From NCBI RefSeq assembly GCF_009914755.1, contig NC_060934.1: a stretch of 64,000 bases of DNA, one strand, 5' to 3'. The notes under the pieces were generated by a model. That model was not told the origin of the DNA, made no database searches, and saw only the letters and a program-made list of their open reading frames with translations. The translations under genes and the position numbers were made by a program. Numbering within the stretch: the first letter of the stretch is position 1; every line of letters begins with the position of its first letter. This DNA is from the human T2T-CHM13v2.0 reference genome, Homo sapiens. Of the stretch, positions 17,670-31,487 are shown piece after piece.

Positions 17670-18223
17670 TAATATCAATTGTTAAACTGCCTTTACTTGT
17701 GAAAGGTCACCTTTTCATACGTATGAGTATTCATTATACACCCTCCTTCACGGTTCTCACAGACCCTCATTTCAAGCATCTTACTGCCTTGGTGGAATCT
17801 TTGTGGTAACTTTTAGCTAGTGGGCATGTAACAAGAATAGCTAATACTTACGGAGTGCCTGATGTATGCCAAATATCTTATACATATCATCACCCATGAA
17901 GAAGGTACTGCTGTGATCCCCATCTTACAGGTGAGTGGATACACAAGACCTCAGAGCTACTCGGCTAGGCTCTGGCACTCACTCCATGGCCCGTGGTGTC
18001 TAACCCCTATGCTATATACTGCCTCCTTAAGGAAAGTCAGCTAGCTCTGGACAAGTTTTGTTTTGAGATTACATATACACACATACATACATATTTCTTA
18101 ATTGGGTCAGAAAACAAATAGTAATTATGACTGACAGTGATACTGGGTACTGGGCACTATTTTAAGTATTTCACATTTATTAATTCATTTAATCTTTACA
18201 ACCTAATAAGGGAGATACTATAT

Positions 18224-18577
18224 TGTATGAGTCCATTTTCACTGCTATAAAGAAATACCCGAGACTGGGTAATTTATAAGGAAAGAGGTTTAATTGACTC
18301 ACAATTCGGCACGGCTGGGAGGCCTCAGGAAACTTATAATCATGGTGGAAGGTGAAGGGCACCTTCTTCACAAGGCGGCAGGAGGAAGTGAGTGCAAGCA
18401 CAGGAAAAACTTCCACTTTTAAAACCATAAGCTCTCATGAAAACTAACTATCGTGAGAACAGCATGGGGGAAACCGCCCCCATAATCCAATCACTTCCCA
18501 TCAGGTTCCTCCCTTGACATATGGGGACTACAATTCAAGATGAGATTTGGGTGGGGACAGAAAGCCAAACCATATCA
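18224..18577 (-). mobile_element. THE1/MST MaLR solo LTR, apparently inserted in a MIR
   Basis: Homologous to 46837-47206; typical termini. Confidence 0.85.
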
Positions 18578-19963
18578 ATACTATTGTTATTCTCTCTCTC
18601 TCTCTTTTTTTTTTAACAATTAAAGCAGACAGGGAGAAAGAAAGGAAGCTGTCCAAGATTACCAATGAGTTAAGGGAAAAGATTCAAACCCAGATAATCA
18701 AGTTCCAGAGTCTATATTCCTATCTGTTACATAATACTGTCTTCAAAAAAGTATTTTCCAAACTCCCTAGTACCACCCCTTTTCTCACAGTGCCAGCGAA
18801 GGGTCCTCTAACTGCCACAGAACGAAAGCAATTGCACAAGAACAAACCAAATTCTAAAACTTCAATCCAAATGTTGTCTTAAAAAAACATCAGGACTAAG
18901 GTTTAAAGAAGGGAAAGATTGCCTTCATTTTTGTACAATAACATGATTCCTTCCCCACCTTAATAGTGTGCAAAGTAAGTCAAAACTCACTCTTCACTAC
19001 ACCCCTGCAAACTTTTCCAAGTAACAGTAAAATCAGTTTAGCAGTTCTTTGAACTATACATAATATAGGCTGAACAATCATGTAATACACATTTTATACT
19101 AGACAAATCAATGTACACAACTGCCCATACCAACACACAAAAGGGACAAAATACACATATTAATGGGAATTATCAAATATTAGTTGCCTGAGATCATATT
19201 AATAAAATAAACATGCCCTCTCCAAAACTTCAAGGAGGTCACCTACCGTGGTGCTCAAAATTCAAAACAGACCTTACTGCTCTATTGTAATATTTTTATG
19301 TTGCAAGGATCATTGTACACAGAGCAGTTTAAATCTACACCGTCTGTAAGGAAAAAGCTGTGTATCATACAGTTAAATCATTCTTAATACAGAGTGACAT
19401 TTCAACCTCAAGATCATTCTCTACCTATTGCAATATCCATTTAAGAAATTCAACAACAGAGGCACAATGAGTACAATTTGATTTTTAAAAATATATTCAG
19501 GCACCAAGCTGGGTATTTAATATAGTTTGCATTCTGTAGTATGATAGGTTTTCTATTTCAGACAGCTAAGAATCCCTTACAGATTAGTCTAATTTGCTAA
19601 ATTGAGATACTTGGTGTTTTACTTTTCTTATCTTCCTTTTTATGGTCTATCTGGGTAAACTTAATTGGCACATCTGAGCAGATGAAATACCCTCAGTTAG
19701 GAGTGCAGATCTCATGGAGTAAATTAAGACTGATATAGACAATTATGCCCAGAGCCAAGAATGAAAGGTGTGTGCAGAGCAGGAAGCAGAATTAGTCTTC
19801 ATTTGTGTCTCAGCTTTGTTATTTAAAAGAAGGCAATGTGCTCTCTAAGAAAACATCTTTAACCCATTTATGTCTGAGGTTACAATTTTTTGAATTTTTG
19901 CATGAAATTCATATATGTTACCTAGAAAAATTCAAGGAACAAAAATTTGAAGAGAAAAAAAAA

Positions 19964-19969
19964 TTTATT
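19964..19969 (-). terminator. Poly(A) signal of the PGBD3 terminal exon
   Basis: AATAAA ~110 nt after the stop codon, inside the transposon, followed by T-rich sequence. Confidence 0.75.
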
Positions 19970-19989
19970 ATGTTCCATTGTTATGTGAC

Positions 19990-20005
19990 GTTCCAAAATT
20001 GGAAC
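19990..20005. repeat. 16-bp imperfect palindrome 3
   Basis: GTTCCAAAATTGGAAC between the stop codon and AATAAA. Confidence 0.9.
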
Positions 20006-20080
20006 ACTAGGCAAAACCACTGCTACACTGTACATAATGTATAAAACTATGTTTCTTATCTCAGGAGGTGGTGACACCTG

Positions 20081-21862
20081 CTATTCAGTGTGATATTCAA
20101 CGGAACACTTCACATGTAAGGCAACATCACATTTTTCACATCGAAAAGTTGTGTTCTTATGACATTCAGCGCATCGCGTTTGCTTTCCCTGTTTGACTAT
20201 CACATGATTTATGCCATCATAACGTGAGTCAATGTTACGCTTCTGAGGTCTTCCTTTTTGGCCAGGTTCTGGAGGATGACCATGGGTCTCCAGATAATGG
20301 CATACCACACGTCGACGAAACTCCAGAAAATCCACTGGTTTCTCATCATATGTTTTATGCAATTGCCAAGCATTTTGTAAGACCAATTCGAAACAGAACA
20401 AAAGAGGGCTTGAATACCATTTCTTTCCACGGATTGATGCCCGATACTTATCAATGTTTTCATCAGCTCTGTCTACGCCTCCCATGAACTGGTTATACAC
20501 TTTGATCATGTTTGGCTGCTGAACTTGTATCTTCTTTTTCAGTTTCTGGGAGTAACGACTGACAAGACACAGGGGATGGATACCAGCACCAGATGAGGCA
20601 ACAGTGACAACACTGTTATCATTCCATCTGCAGACAATATTGCCTTTGCCATCAATTCGATAATCAAATGTGCCTCTTTCTTTTTTCTTTAAAGCTACAT
20701 CTGATTCCAGTGGAACTTTGTCAATGTGATCCTTTCTCACTGTACCTGTTGCCTGATGTCCCATTGAACTGAGCTTATCAAGAAGTGCAATACTGGTGAA
20801 AAAGTTATTGAATACAAAATGGTATTGTCCAGGGTGTGCCTCTGTAAGTGCCTCACTAAACTGAAGGACAAGTGACGCACCGACACCATATTCCTCATGT
20901 TTAGTATTTGGGTTTTTACCCTGATACGGCTGAAACCAGCAAATGTAGCCCAGACAGGTGGCACCACACCAAAACTTATAGCCAAACCGAATGGGCTTTC
21001 CCCGAATAAATTGTTTGCACCCGTGACGACCAAAATAAGGAACCATGAATTCATCAAAGCTGAAATATGTTTCATTTGGAACAAATTTCATGCATCTCTC
21101 ATTAAGTTTGCTTATGAGAGGTCGCAATTTGGAAAATTTGTCCACTGGATCCAAATTTGCATTGTCAGCAACATGCAAATTAGAAAATATAGTTTCAAAC
21201 CGGTCACGTCTCATGGCAGCACTAACCAGTACATTATGCACATCTGTTCTTTGTTCCCAAAACATACGCCTTCTAGGAACTGAGACATAACCACTCAGAA
21301 AAATAATTCCCAGAAAACATTTGAATTCAGAGCTAGTCAAGCCAAGATGTACACCTTTACTGCAAGCATATAAGTTGGAGTACTTGACAATGAGTTCAAT
21401 GACCTCGTCATCAAGAAAAAGTTCAAGAATTTCTGTGGGAGTTCTCATTACGGTGAAGAAATCGTTTGGTGGTGCTGTAACTCTACCTGCTACGGGTTGT
21501 ACAGTTAGGTCGGCTTTTTTCCATTTGCAAAGAATTTTTGTCATTTTCCTCCTCCTTGATGGTGGAGGTTGCTGCACAGTAAACGTAGATGGAACTTCAT
21601 CAGGAGAGTCATCTTTAGGTGCGTATGAGGGATCATCTGAGTCAGACTCAGCATCAGAGCCATCTTGAATAAGATACGCAGCTGTGTGCAACAAAGAACC
21701 TGGCAGATTATTTATTGTTCCACCTTCTTCATCTCCTGATTCCTCATCAGAAACAGGTGCTGTAGCATTTTCAGGTGGTTGTATCACTATAGCACTTGCT
21801 TCTATGCTGTCATCTGTCTCTAAAAGGTCAGTTATTTCATGTAAACTTAGTGTTCGAGGCAT
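20081..21862 (-). CDS. PGBD3: PiggyBac transposable element-derived protein 3 (593 aa); terminal exon of CSB-PGBD3 (exon starts 21869)
   Basis: Intact single-exon ORF with piggyBac motifs FDEFMVPYFGR, KPIRFGYKFW, YNQFMGGVDRAD and C-terminal Cys/His cluster CAECHK...CEKCDVALHVKC. Confidence 0.98.
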   Translation of the reverse strand: MPRTLSLHEITDLLETDDSIEASAIVIQPPENATAPVSDEESGDEEGGTINNLPGSLLHTAAYLIQDGSDAESDSDDPSYAPKDDSPDEVPSTFTVQQPPPSRRRKMTKILCKWKKADLTVQPVAGRVTAPPNDFFTVMRTPTEILELFLDDEVIELIVKYSNLYACSKGVHLGLTSSEFKCFLGIIFLSGYVSVPRRRMFWEQRTDVHNVLVSAAMRRDRFETIFSNLHVADNANLDPVDKFSKLRPLISKLNERCMKFVPNETYFSFDEFMVPYFGRHGCKQFIRGKPIRFGYKFWCGATCLGYICWFQPYQGKNPNTKHEEYGVGASLVLQFSEALTEAHPGQYHFVFNNFFTSIALLDKLSSMGHQATGTVRKDHIDKVPLESDVALKKKERGTFDYRIDGKGNIVCRWNDNSVVTVASSGAGIHPLCLVSRYSQKLKKKIQVQQPNMIKVYNQFMGGVDRADENIDKYRASIRGKKWYSSPLLFCFELVLQNAWQLHKTYDEKPVDFLEFRRRVVCHYLETHGHPPEPGQKGRPQKRNIDSRYDGINHVIVKQGKQTRCAECHKNTTFRCEKCDVALHVKCSVEYHTE

Positions 21863-21869
21863 CTTGGGA

Positions 21870-21897
21870 CTAAAACGGAAAAAAGGTATTATTAGTC
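21870..21897 (-). promoter_or_regulatory. PGBD3 3' splice site (branch point, pyrimidine tract, AG)
   Basis: Minus strand GACTAATAATACCTTTTTTCCGTTTTAG|TCCCAAGATG; exon 5 AG + T CCC AAG ATG gives in-frame S-P-K-M. Confidence 0.93.
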
Positions 21898-21921
21898 CTA
21901 GTGGTAGTGGTTTTGCCTAGT

Positions 21922-21937
21922 GTTCCAAAAATGGAAC
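21922..21937. repeat. 16-bp imperfect palindrome 2
   Basis: GTTCCAAAAATGGAAC ~50 nt upstream of the PGBD3 acceptor. Confidence 0.9.
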
Positions 21938-22276
21938 ATGAAAAATGTCAAACCCATAACTAATGCAATAATAATACTTTCTGTATTTTCTTTTTACCGC
22001 ACAATAGCATAACTAGTAGAGAAGTTATTTCTTAAAAATTACTAGTATAGGATGTAGTGCAGTAAAGTTATATGTACCTGTCTTTGGATACTCAAAAATG
22101 TTTCTGAAAACTCACATCACTTTTTGACAAGCTCCCAGCATGCCAGTATCTGTAGCAGTAACTAACTCTGTGCACCAAGTGATAACATGTACCCTCAGGA
22201 GGCAGACATGTGTGAAAAATCAGACCTTGGCAATGACCTTGAGCAGTAGGGCATGAATAACTCCCACATGCTTAGC

Positions 22277-22292
22277 GTTCCAATAATGGAAC
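22277..22292. repeat. 16-bp imperfect palindrome 1 (MER85-type PGBD3 binding site)
   Basis: GTTCCAATAATGGAAC next to the 5' TIR. Confidence 0.9.
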
Positions 22293-22366
22293 ACTAGGCA
22301 TAAATAGGTTTTAAAAGTGTAACTTTTTCTTTCAACTTATAGATTCCTAAAAGAAAATGAACACAG

Positions 22367-22592
22367 TCTTCTTTCTTTTTTTTTTTTCTCTCAGGCTCCA
22401 GTGATCCACCCACCTCAGCCTCCTGGGTAGCTGGGACTACAGGCGCACATCACCACACCCAGCTAACTTTTTCTATTTTTGGGGTTTCACCATGTTGCCC
22501 AGGCTGGTCTCGAACTCTTGAGCTCAAGCAATCCTCCTGCCATGGCCTCCTAAAGTGCTGGGATTACAGGTATGAGCCATTGTGCCCGGCCA
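22367..22592 (-). mobile_element. Partial AluJ next to the PGBD3 5' end
   Basis: Reverse Alu with a deleted segment. Confidence 0.85.
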
Positions 22593-25500
22593 GGCTTATT
22601 TCTTGAGAAAAATGAACTCTCAGAGATGTTAAGAACATTCTTAAAATAATTGTATTTAGGTTTCTGGATAAAATCTCAAACTTTTACTAAATTCAGATTT
22701 TGGGAGAGTTTTGTTTTTTCTCTTTAATTTGGGCTTTAAAAAAAAGGCACAATCAAATCAACCTCCACATTGTGAGTTGGCCTTTGCCGAAGCACAGCCT
22801 AAAATTGCTAAATCCTCATCGGGTGCAAACCAGGATCCAACTGAAGGACAGACAGGACAATCCCAGTGCAAACAGGTGCTAGACAGAAGGGAGAAGTTCC
22901 CAGAAGACAATAAAATGGAGACAGGCTGTGAGGTTGGTGGTTCTCAGGGCACTGCCTTTAGAAGCATTTCAGGATAGGAATGGGACATTGGGTTGGAGTT
23001 GGCCCCCATCAAGTGGAGGGAGAAACCAGGCACTGAAACAATGCTTGTCCGAGTCTGCTGCAGCAAACCAAGCTGCGAGATCACTCTCATGTGTCCCACA
23101 CCACCTTCAGACCCCTTCTCCTTCTCCAAGCCCTTCCACTGACTGCTGCCTTGAGCAAATGACTTCATCTCTCTGGGCTCAAAGTCCTATCTCCTGGGTG
23201 GCTGTAAGGATTAAACGAATTAACCTATATAACAAGAAGAACCACAAGAACCACTAAGTCGTACGCATTCAAACATGTCAGCCATCATTGTTCTTGTGCA
23301 CCACTCCCGCCCCTGCCCCCACCTCCACTTGATGCCACCTTTGCTCAGGCCCTAAAGGCTGCAACGTTCCAAATCCACAAGACTCTCTTCATAACAGTCA
23401 TTCTACTTGGCTTGACCCCTAGCATCTGAAATGCTGACAGCTCCCTCCTCAGAACAGTGGATGTGCACAACCCAACCCTCCCAAGCCAGGGTTCAATGGG
23501 GCCCTGGCCACAGAGGCCCAGTGCTCAGGGGAAGGACAATGAAGAGTATTATCTTCGCAGGAGATTATGTCTCACAGACTATTAGAAGACATTCTGTAAG
23601 ACTTACACAATGAATGGAATCTTTATCACCCCTTTACATCTCAGAGTTACTCATGTAAAAAAGGTAAAAAATAGGGCACAAGAAAAACCTTTAGGATCAA
23701 AAATTTATTAAAAACCAATTATATCAACAGGCATCAAGTCTACAGATTCAGGTTACACCAGACCATGAAGTAAATTCTGTCCCCATCCACACCATACTTG
23801 CCAGGTCTTCTAGACTCCTGAGCCATCTCCCTATATCCTCATCCAAATTCCCAGATTACAGGCTTAGGTTTTTGGTTTGGTTTTCAGTCCAATGGAGGTG
23901 GGGGCAGCTATGTGTTGATTTTTGGCACCACCCTGTGGTCATACCTAAATATTGCACCTTCTACTCAATCCCACAAAGGGAAGGAAACATGTATGTAGAG
24001 GGCCCAGCCGACTTCAAATCTCAGCTCTACTTCACAGTAAAACTGTGGGCAAGCCAATTAACTGGAGGGGCCGTGATTATAACCATGTAAAGATGTGTAT
24101 TCACAGAACCAAAGACTGGAATGACATGTAGAAAATAAAAACATAAAAGAGGTCATTTTTTCATCTTAATATTGTTGTCATACTTTTACAATAAAAATAG
24201 GGACTCATCAGAAGTGCTGAAAGGTGGCGAGGGAGCCTTCAAACCATGCAGAGGAACCAACTCAAATCCACTTCAGGCTATGCATTTAGCAGCTTAGCCC
24301 AATGCACCAGGTCATCTGAGGAGACTCAGGCACCGCCTACTGAAGAGTCCGTTTCTGAACTCCCCACTATGTTTCCCTGATCGGGGTGGGCATGGGTCGG
24401 GGATTTATCCCAGAGGCAATTATTTGCTGAGTGTGGGCCATAGTAAAGAAAAAAGCATTACATTCTCAAGCCTCAACATCCTTACCAATAATGCTTCCCA
24501 ACTGCCTCAAAGCTCTCCTAAATGAGAACATAGTTCTTTCTGAGCAAGGTCCTGTGGACCATGAAGAATGTCACCAAGCTCCCCTCAGAGTCAGCGGGAG
24601 CTCAGCCAAAGCACAAGTGCAGTGCCCAGCTCCTCCCACTCTGCACCTGCTGCCTCAGACTCCCCACGCTGAGCCCAGGCCCCTACCCTCTGAAGGTGTT
24701 TCCCATGTGATTCTGACACACACACCCCACAAGAACCAGATGATCTATGACATACAGCATTTAGCTAAGGCTCCCTGCCAGGCCCTCCCCTGTGTACATA
24801 CAACTGTGCAGGGCACATAAAAGAGGATTTTTGAGAAACTGATATACAAACTGCATCAGCCAAAAGCTGCAGCCCCAAAAAAGAGAAATACATAAGACTG
24901 ACTTATTTCCATCCCTAGCTCCCAAACCTGACAGTGATCAGAGCCATCTGGGAACATTTTTTAAAAGTCCTGCCCGGTGACCCCACGCTACACTTCCTAA
25001 GTCAGCGTCTCCAGTGTTAGGGGCTCCCAGTGACACTGCATAATCAGTCTGTGGGTGGGGAAGCTTTGCTCTAGTCTGTGCTCGTTGCCCTCACTGTAGT
25101 CTGCGAGGGCAGCAACTTAAACAGTAACTGCCGATACATGAAAATAGAGTAAGAACTTGGGGGAATGAGTTTAAGTCAAATGATAAACACTAACCCTAGT
25201 CCTGCCAGCAAGAAGAGACAAAAACATATCTGGAAATGCATTTTCTCACTCAGGATGCAACCCATCTATGCCCTGCAGCCTGACCAAGCAGTGCTGACCA
25301 CTGCTGGACAAAGAGGCAGGAGTCAGTGACATCTGTTTTATTATGTCAAGGCTGGCAAATACCTAGCATGAATGTTGCTAGTTCCCCACTGTGCCTATGA
25401 TAGACATCACTAAGGAACTGCACACTCTTCCCAATCCACCCAAACAGGGCCTCGGAGCCCCCTGAATAGACTACCACTCCCCAGAAATCAGAGCTGGCTG

Positions 25501-28500
25501 GAAAGTGAAGCCCACCTGCCCTCCCTGTCCTCAGCCTCTCTGCACATTGTGGCATCACACCAACCTCCAAGGCAATCCAAATGAGAACCCTGAGGAAATA
25601 ATGTGCCTCCAAAGCAAAGCAAATTCCTTCCCTTCTCAATGATGCACCTGGAGTTTAGGGGCAAATGCGTAACATTGTTAATTTGGATAAGGGTCATATT
25701 AATATATCTGAGCCACCCAACAAGACAAGGCCCTGCACTGGATGAACTTCCCCAACAGTCTCTCCCAAATGCCTCAGTCTGAATTCATTATTCCCTTCAC
25801 ACTTGGTTAGGTCCTATTTGTGCCCAAGTCTATTAACAGACTGCAAATTTTTTGCCAGAAACCCTTGAAGCCAGTCCAAGGATGCAGACATGCATTGTTG
25901 ACATGAAAGCAAAGATAAAGCTATGGAGGCTTACCTCGAATATGGCAACTGGGAAGTGAATCAATAACATGGAGGTAACAAGGACTAGGGACAAGCGACC
26001 TGATCTTTATCACCCTGAAGGGGAAAGGTTCACATGAAATGTTTGGTCTTCTGGGCCACACAGGGCTGTCTTGGCTGCACAGCCTGTACTAGGTAAGCAG
26101 CATGTAGGTGCTCACTGGGAACCCACATCACTCAAACACTGAAGGTGTGTTAGTCCTAATCTTTATTTGGCACCCGGAGCTCCCAGGCCCACAATGTGCA
26201 AAGCAGTAGTATATTTTAAGAAAGCACTAGACCTCACAACCAACAGCCATAAGCAAATGGAAACCGTGGTAGCACAAAGTAAAATGAAAAAATAATGTAT
26301 GTTTTACAAGACCTGTATACCACTGACCATAGAACCGACAGAACATTTACTTCTAAGCAGTGGCTCATCCATCCTGTATGACATGAAAGGGTATGAAAAC
26401 CAGGGAACCCACTGAGGAGTCAGCCTCCAGATACAGTTCAGTGCAGAGGAGGAGGCAGGAGAAACACATGAGAAGGGGGAATACACGGTTTGAAAAATGG
26501 TTAAAACTTCAAAGACTGAGCTGAGGGCTTGAGCCAAATGAAGGAAAGCAGGATCCAAAGGGCGACTGCCCAGTTCCATTAAAAAAGCTATGGAAAGGGC
26601 TTGACGGAAAATTCCTAGTAAGTATCAGCTAAAACAAAGGCACCTAGTTAGGGTGAACCTAGTGCCAGTGAAAGGCCGATGGCTCTCAAGCTGAGAGAAT
26701 AAAGAGGATGAGATATCCAGAAGTCACCCACTCTCACTTCCTAGAGTTGAAAAGAGCATTATAATTAACAGGCTATACCCTCAGTAAAAGGTGTTAAGTT
26801 CAGCAAAGGGTGCCTACCCTGGGAACTACTCCTAAATTCTAACCACTAAAAAAAAACTAATTTTCTATGTTGTAAACTCTACGACTTTATTCTAATCATC
26901 CATCGTCAAACCACTGCTAAGACAAGCAACCCTAAAGGTCTTTCTGTTTCTCAAGGGAATAGCATTACCATTTCAATTAGTCTACAAAGATCAGCAATGA
27001 GTAACAAAATATAGAGAGACTGGCAGTTCTAATATGCTTCTCAATCCTGAGCATTTTATTTTCTTTCATCCCCCAAACCAAACAGCACCAAAGGAGATGT
27101 AATAACAAATATTTCAATGTGGATATCTGCAGTTTAACAGCCTTAATAACTGTAGCTATAAAATGTTAAGAGCTATCGTATTTTGGTGGCAATTAAGAGT
27201 TATTGATATTTCTGAAATTCATTTGAGATTTCACTGTAGCTTTAGCAAAATATTGGCTCTGGAAATAATAAATTGTTTTACAATCTTAACATTATTAAGA
27301 AAAACTTATTGCCATCAAATTAACTAAACCCACATTTAAAATTCAATCAAAATAAATTGCTCTTGATCAAAATACTGATATATTTTAAACATATTTAATA
27401 TTGACCCAATTTAATTGGAAAAATATATATTGCTCCATTTATAATCAATATGTTGAGATTAACACTTTTATTAATTCCTTGCAGTAGTTAAGAAAAAGTC
27501 TGACACCGCTCACTGTTCAAGAGTACTGGGCAACATTCCTCAAACAACTTCACAGGTAATAAACGTGCACAGAAACGAAAGCTGTGCTGAGGGATGACAA
27601 ATATAAGCCAGCCCTCATCTGTGCATTACTACATAAGGTGCTACTAGAATGTGAGTGCCGCAACTCTAAAGAACAGGATTTAAGTCACAGGTCCTCAAAT
27701 TACTGTTTAAAAGAATTGACACATCTATTTTGGAAAGGTTATGGAATGTCTGTAGTGTCTGGACGGGGGTTAATGAGCAGTTCTAAGTAACAAGAAAAAA
27801 CACCAGGTCAACCTTCACTCACAAAGGCCAATAAATACAACAAACTAGGTCTCTTCACCTTGAGAAATAAGAAAAAACTGTTGAGGATTGGGAAAAAGCC
27901 ATCCCACTATCAAGTATTTTAAAAGTAATAAGGTTCCTTTTTCCCTTTGACTTCCTTAGAGCTAAGTGAGCTCTAAGTCAAGGAGACTTGAAATGCGCGG
28001 CAGTAGCACAGTGTTCAGTGGGCCACCATGGGGAGGCCTGCAATACAGATTATTTTTCCTGGCTCTCAGAAAACGTGTGGCAATATGCAATTCAGACTTC
28101 ATGTTTCACATGTTCACCTTCCCTTTTATGGTGCTTGCTTTATACAATGACAATGTCATGGAGCTAAAAGCCAAAGTCAGTCTCTAACATAAAAAACAAC
28201 AGTGAAAAGAAAGGTATGCTGTGCATACAAAGTACACTTTTTGCATGATGGTGGCTTATAATTATGCAGATGACTATTTTCTCAAGACAAAGGAAGGATT
28301 TACAAAAGCAAGCTTATTCTTTCTATGCCAAAGCTTAAGTTTCAGCTCTTTTTTGAAGAAAAGTTCTCTAAAATTACTTTCCTGCTTCAAAAGGGAAAAC
28401 AGAAACCCCTATCCAGTATGCATTAATTCACCCTTTTCTTTTTCCTGATACTCATTCTAGGGTGACTGTCGGTATAAAGGCGACACAGCTCACACTCAGC

Positions 28501-28734
28501 CCTCTGTATGCCTCTTGCCCCAGCCTTCCCTTAAGTTTTTCATCTTAGACTTGCCTCCAAATCCAACTAAAGACCTAGAAGTACATGCATTTGGGGCCAG
28601 CATCATTAAGGACTCAGGGGCCCCACTGCTTCTAGCAGGTTAAGGCTGCAGAAATCCAACCTCTGTATAATCGGGGGGGTCTAATATATTAAGCTGGATC
28701 TAGAATGCTTACATATTAATAAACCTGTCACCTA

Positions 28735-29598
<864 letters not shown>

Positions 29599-29997
29599 TC
29601 AAGAAATATTAGGCAGCTACAAATAACTCATATAAAAAAAGAATCATCCATGTACTAAAGCATGTTACATATGAAGGACAGAATAAAATTATAGCATCAT
29701 GCTATATTTAATATATTCCTGTTCAAAAAGACAACTTCTCAGTAACTTTTCCCCAAAATATTTCACTATAAATATAATCTCTGCCATCCAAAGATAGGCT
29801 TATTACTGTATAAATACAGTTATAAATAGTCAAGTTTAGCTGTGTTTCCTTATCAGCTGAGTAGTCGTCCATGAGGAAGCAAGCTCCGAAGTTCTCACGT
29901 CATTGCTAAAACCAACATTCAGATGGACTTAAATTCAAGAGACAGTAAAACCAAAAACAGGGATCACCATGTACCTAAAAAGGAAAAACATAAATGT

Positions 29998-30199
29998 CAG
30001 CTCTATGCTGCCCAGCATGGCAGTTACCAGTCACCTGCAGCTATTTAAATTTAAATTACATTAAGTTAAAAACTCAGTTCCACAGTTGCATTTGCCCTTT
30101 TTCAAGTGCTCAAGAGCTACACGTGACTAATGGCTACTATAATGGGCAACACAGAGAACATTTTCATCACTGCAAAAAGGTCTATTGGACAGCAGCACT
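29998..30199. mobile_element. MER3/MER33-like hAT element
   Basis: aaaactcagttcc...ttcaagtgctcaa...ctattggacagc. Confidence 0.6.
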
Positions 30200-30234
30200 G
30201 TGTTAGATATGTGAAGTTAACTGACTTGAAGACA

Positions 30235-30816
30235 TTACACCATAAGTGTAAAGTCACCAGAAAGTATCCCTCTTTCATTAGTTGAAATTCATCTCTGGCA
30301 AAATTACCACATAACCAAAATACCAAAAGACCTAAGGCTTAATAGGAAGGAATCCATATTCTAAAATCTACAATTCTTGCAGGCCAATGATACCCAGTTT
30401 TTCATTAAACTTGCACTGAAATAAAACATACATCTGAAAGTGCACAAATCATTAAGTGTAGAACTCAGTGAATATTCAGAAAAAATGTACTCATAAACTA
30501 GCAGCCATATCAACTAACAGAATTACTAGCACCACCAGATGAGCCCTTCAGGCTACCTCCCAGCCTCTACGCCCCCCAAGATAATGATGGACCTGGACTC
30601 CTAACGTACAGACAAGTTGTGCCTGTCTCTGAACGCTACGTAAGTGGAAATGTTTGTGCCCTGTGTCCACCTTCCTTCACGCAACATTATGCTTTTGAGC
30701 TGCACTGTAGTTTGTTAACTCTCACTGTTAATGCACATTTGAGTGGCTTCCAGGTTTTGGCTACTAGGAATAATGTTGCTATGAATATTCTGATGCACAT
30801 CTTTTGGTTTTATTTA

Positions 30817-30881
<65 letters not shown>

Positions 30882-31487
30882 GGGTATGCTAAGCTTTAGT
30901 AGACACTGTCAGTTTTCCAAAGTGTTACGTTCCAAAGTCCCCATCAACTGTGTCAGAAAGTTCCAACTGGTGTATATTCTTGCCATTCCATGTTAGCTAT
31001 TTTGGTAGATGTGTAGTGGTACCACATTATGGCTTATAATTTACATTTCCCTGATGACTAACAAAATAGGTGCCTTTCATGAATTTATCTTTTGGACAGC
31101 CTTTTTTGTGTAGGAAGTGTTCCAGTCTTTCGCCCATTTTTGTTTGTCTGTTTCTTTAAATGATTTCTAGTTCTTTATACATCCTAGATTTGAGTCCTTT
31201 GATTCACACATGTATTGCAAATATCTTCCCCAGCTCAGTATCTTGCCCTAAATGCTATCTTCTGATGAACAGAAGTTCTTGGTTTTATATATAGTCCATT
31301 TAACAAATCTTTTCCTTTACACTGAGTATTTTGCCTCAATTAAGCCTTAGGTCTTTACACTGAGTATTTTGCTTCCTATTAAGCCTTAGGTCTTTTGGTA
31401 TTTTGGTTATGTGGTAATTTTGCCGGAGATGAATTTCAACTAATGAAAGAGGGATACTTTCTGGGTGACTTTACAGTTATGGTGTAA
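30235..31487. repeat. 115/116-bp inverted repeat (arms 30235-30349 and 31372-31487)
   Basis: Direct comparison shows 2 substitutions and 1 indel. Confidence 0.95.
30410..31335 (-). mobile_element. Old L1M 3' fragment containing (TA)n at ~30822-30879
   Basis: ttccaggttttggctact...gctatgaatatt; acatttccctgatgactaa; tgtattgcaaatatcttc. Confidence 0.7.

Larger units (their letters stand above)
19863..22308 (-). mobile_element. PGBD3 piggyBac transposon (autonomous parent of MER85)
   Basis: 13-bp TIRs CCCATTTATGTCT (19863-19875, after TTAA at 19859-19862) and CCTATTTATGCCT (22308-22296, TTAA offset by 2 nt); ends match recalled MER85 consensus. Confidence 0.95.

Noticed and set aside
20209-21920. 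Alternative-frame and antisense ORFs over PGBD3
   Set aside because: Expected shadows of a long coding sequence; no independent support
23700-23712. Minus-strand AATAAA as an intronic poly(A) site upstream of PGBD3
   Set aside because: The hexamer is common in AT-rich introns; no supporting exon identified from sequence alone
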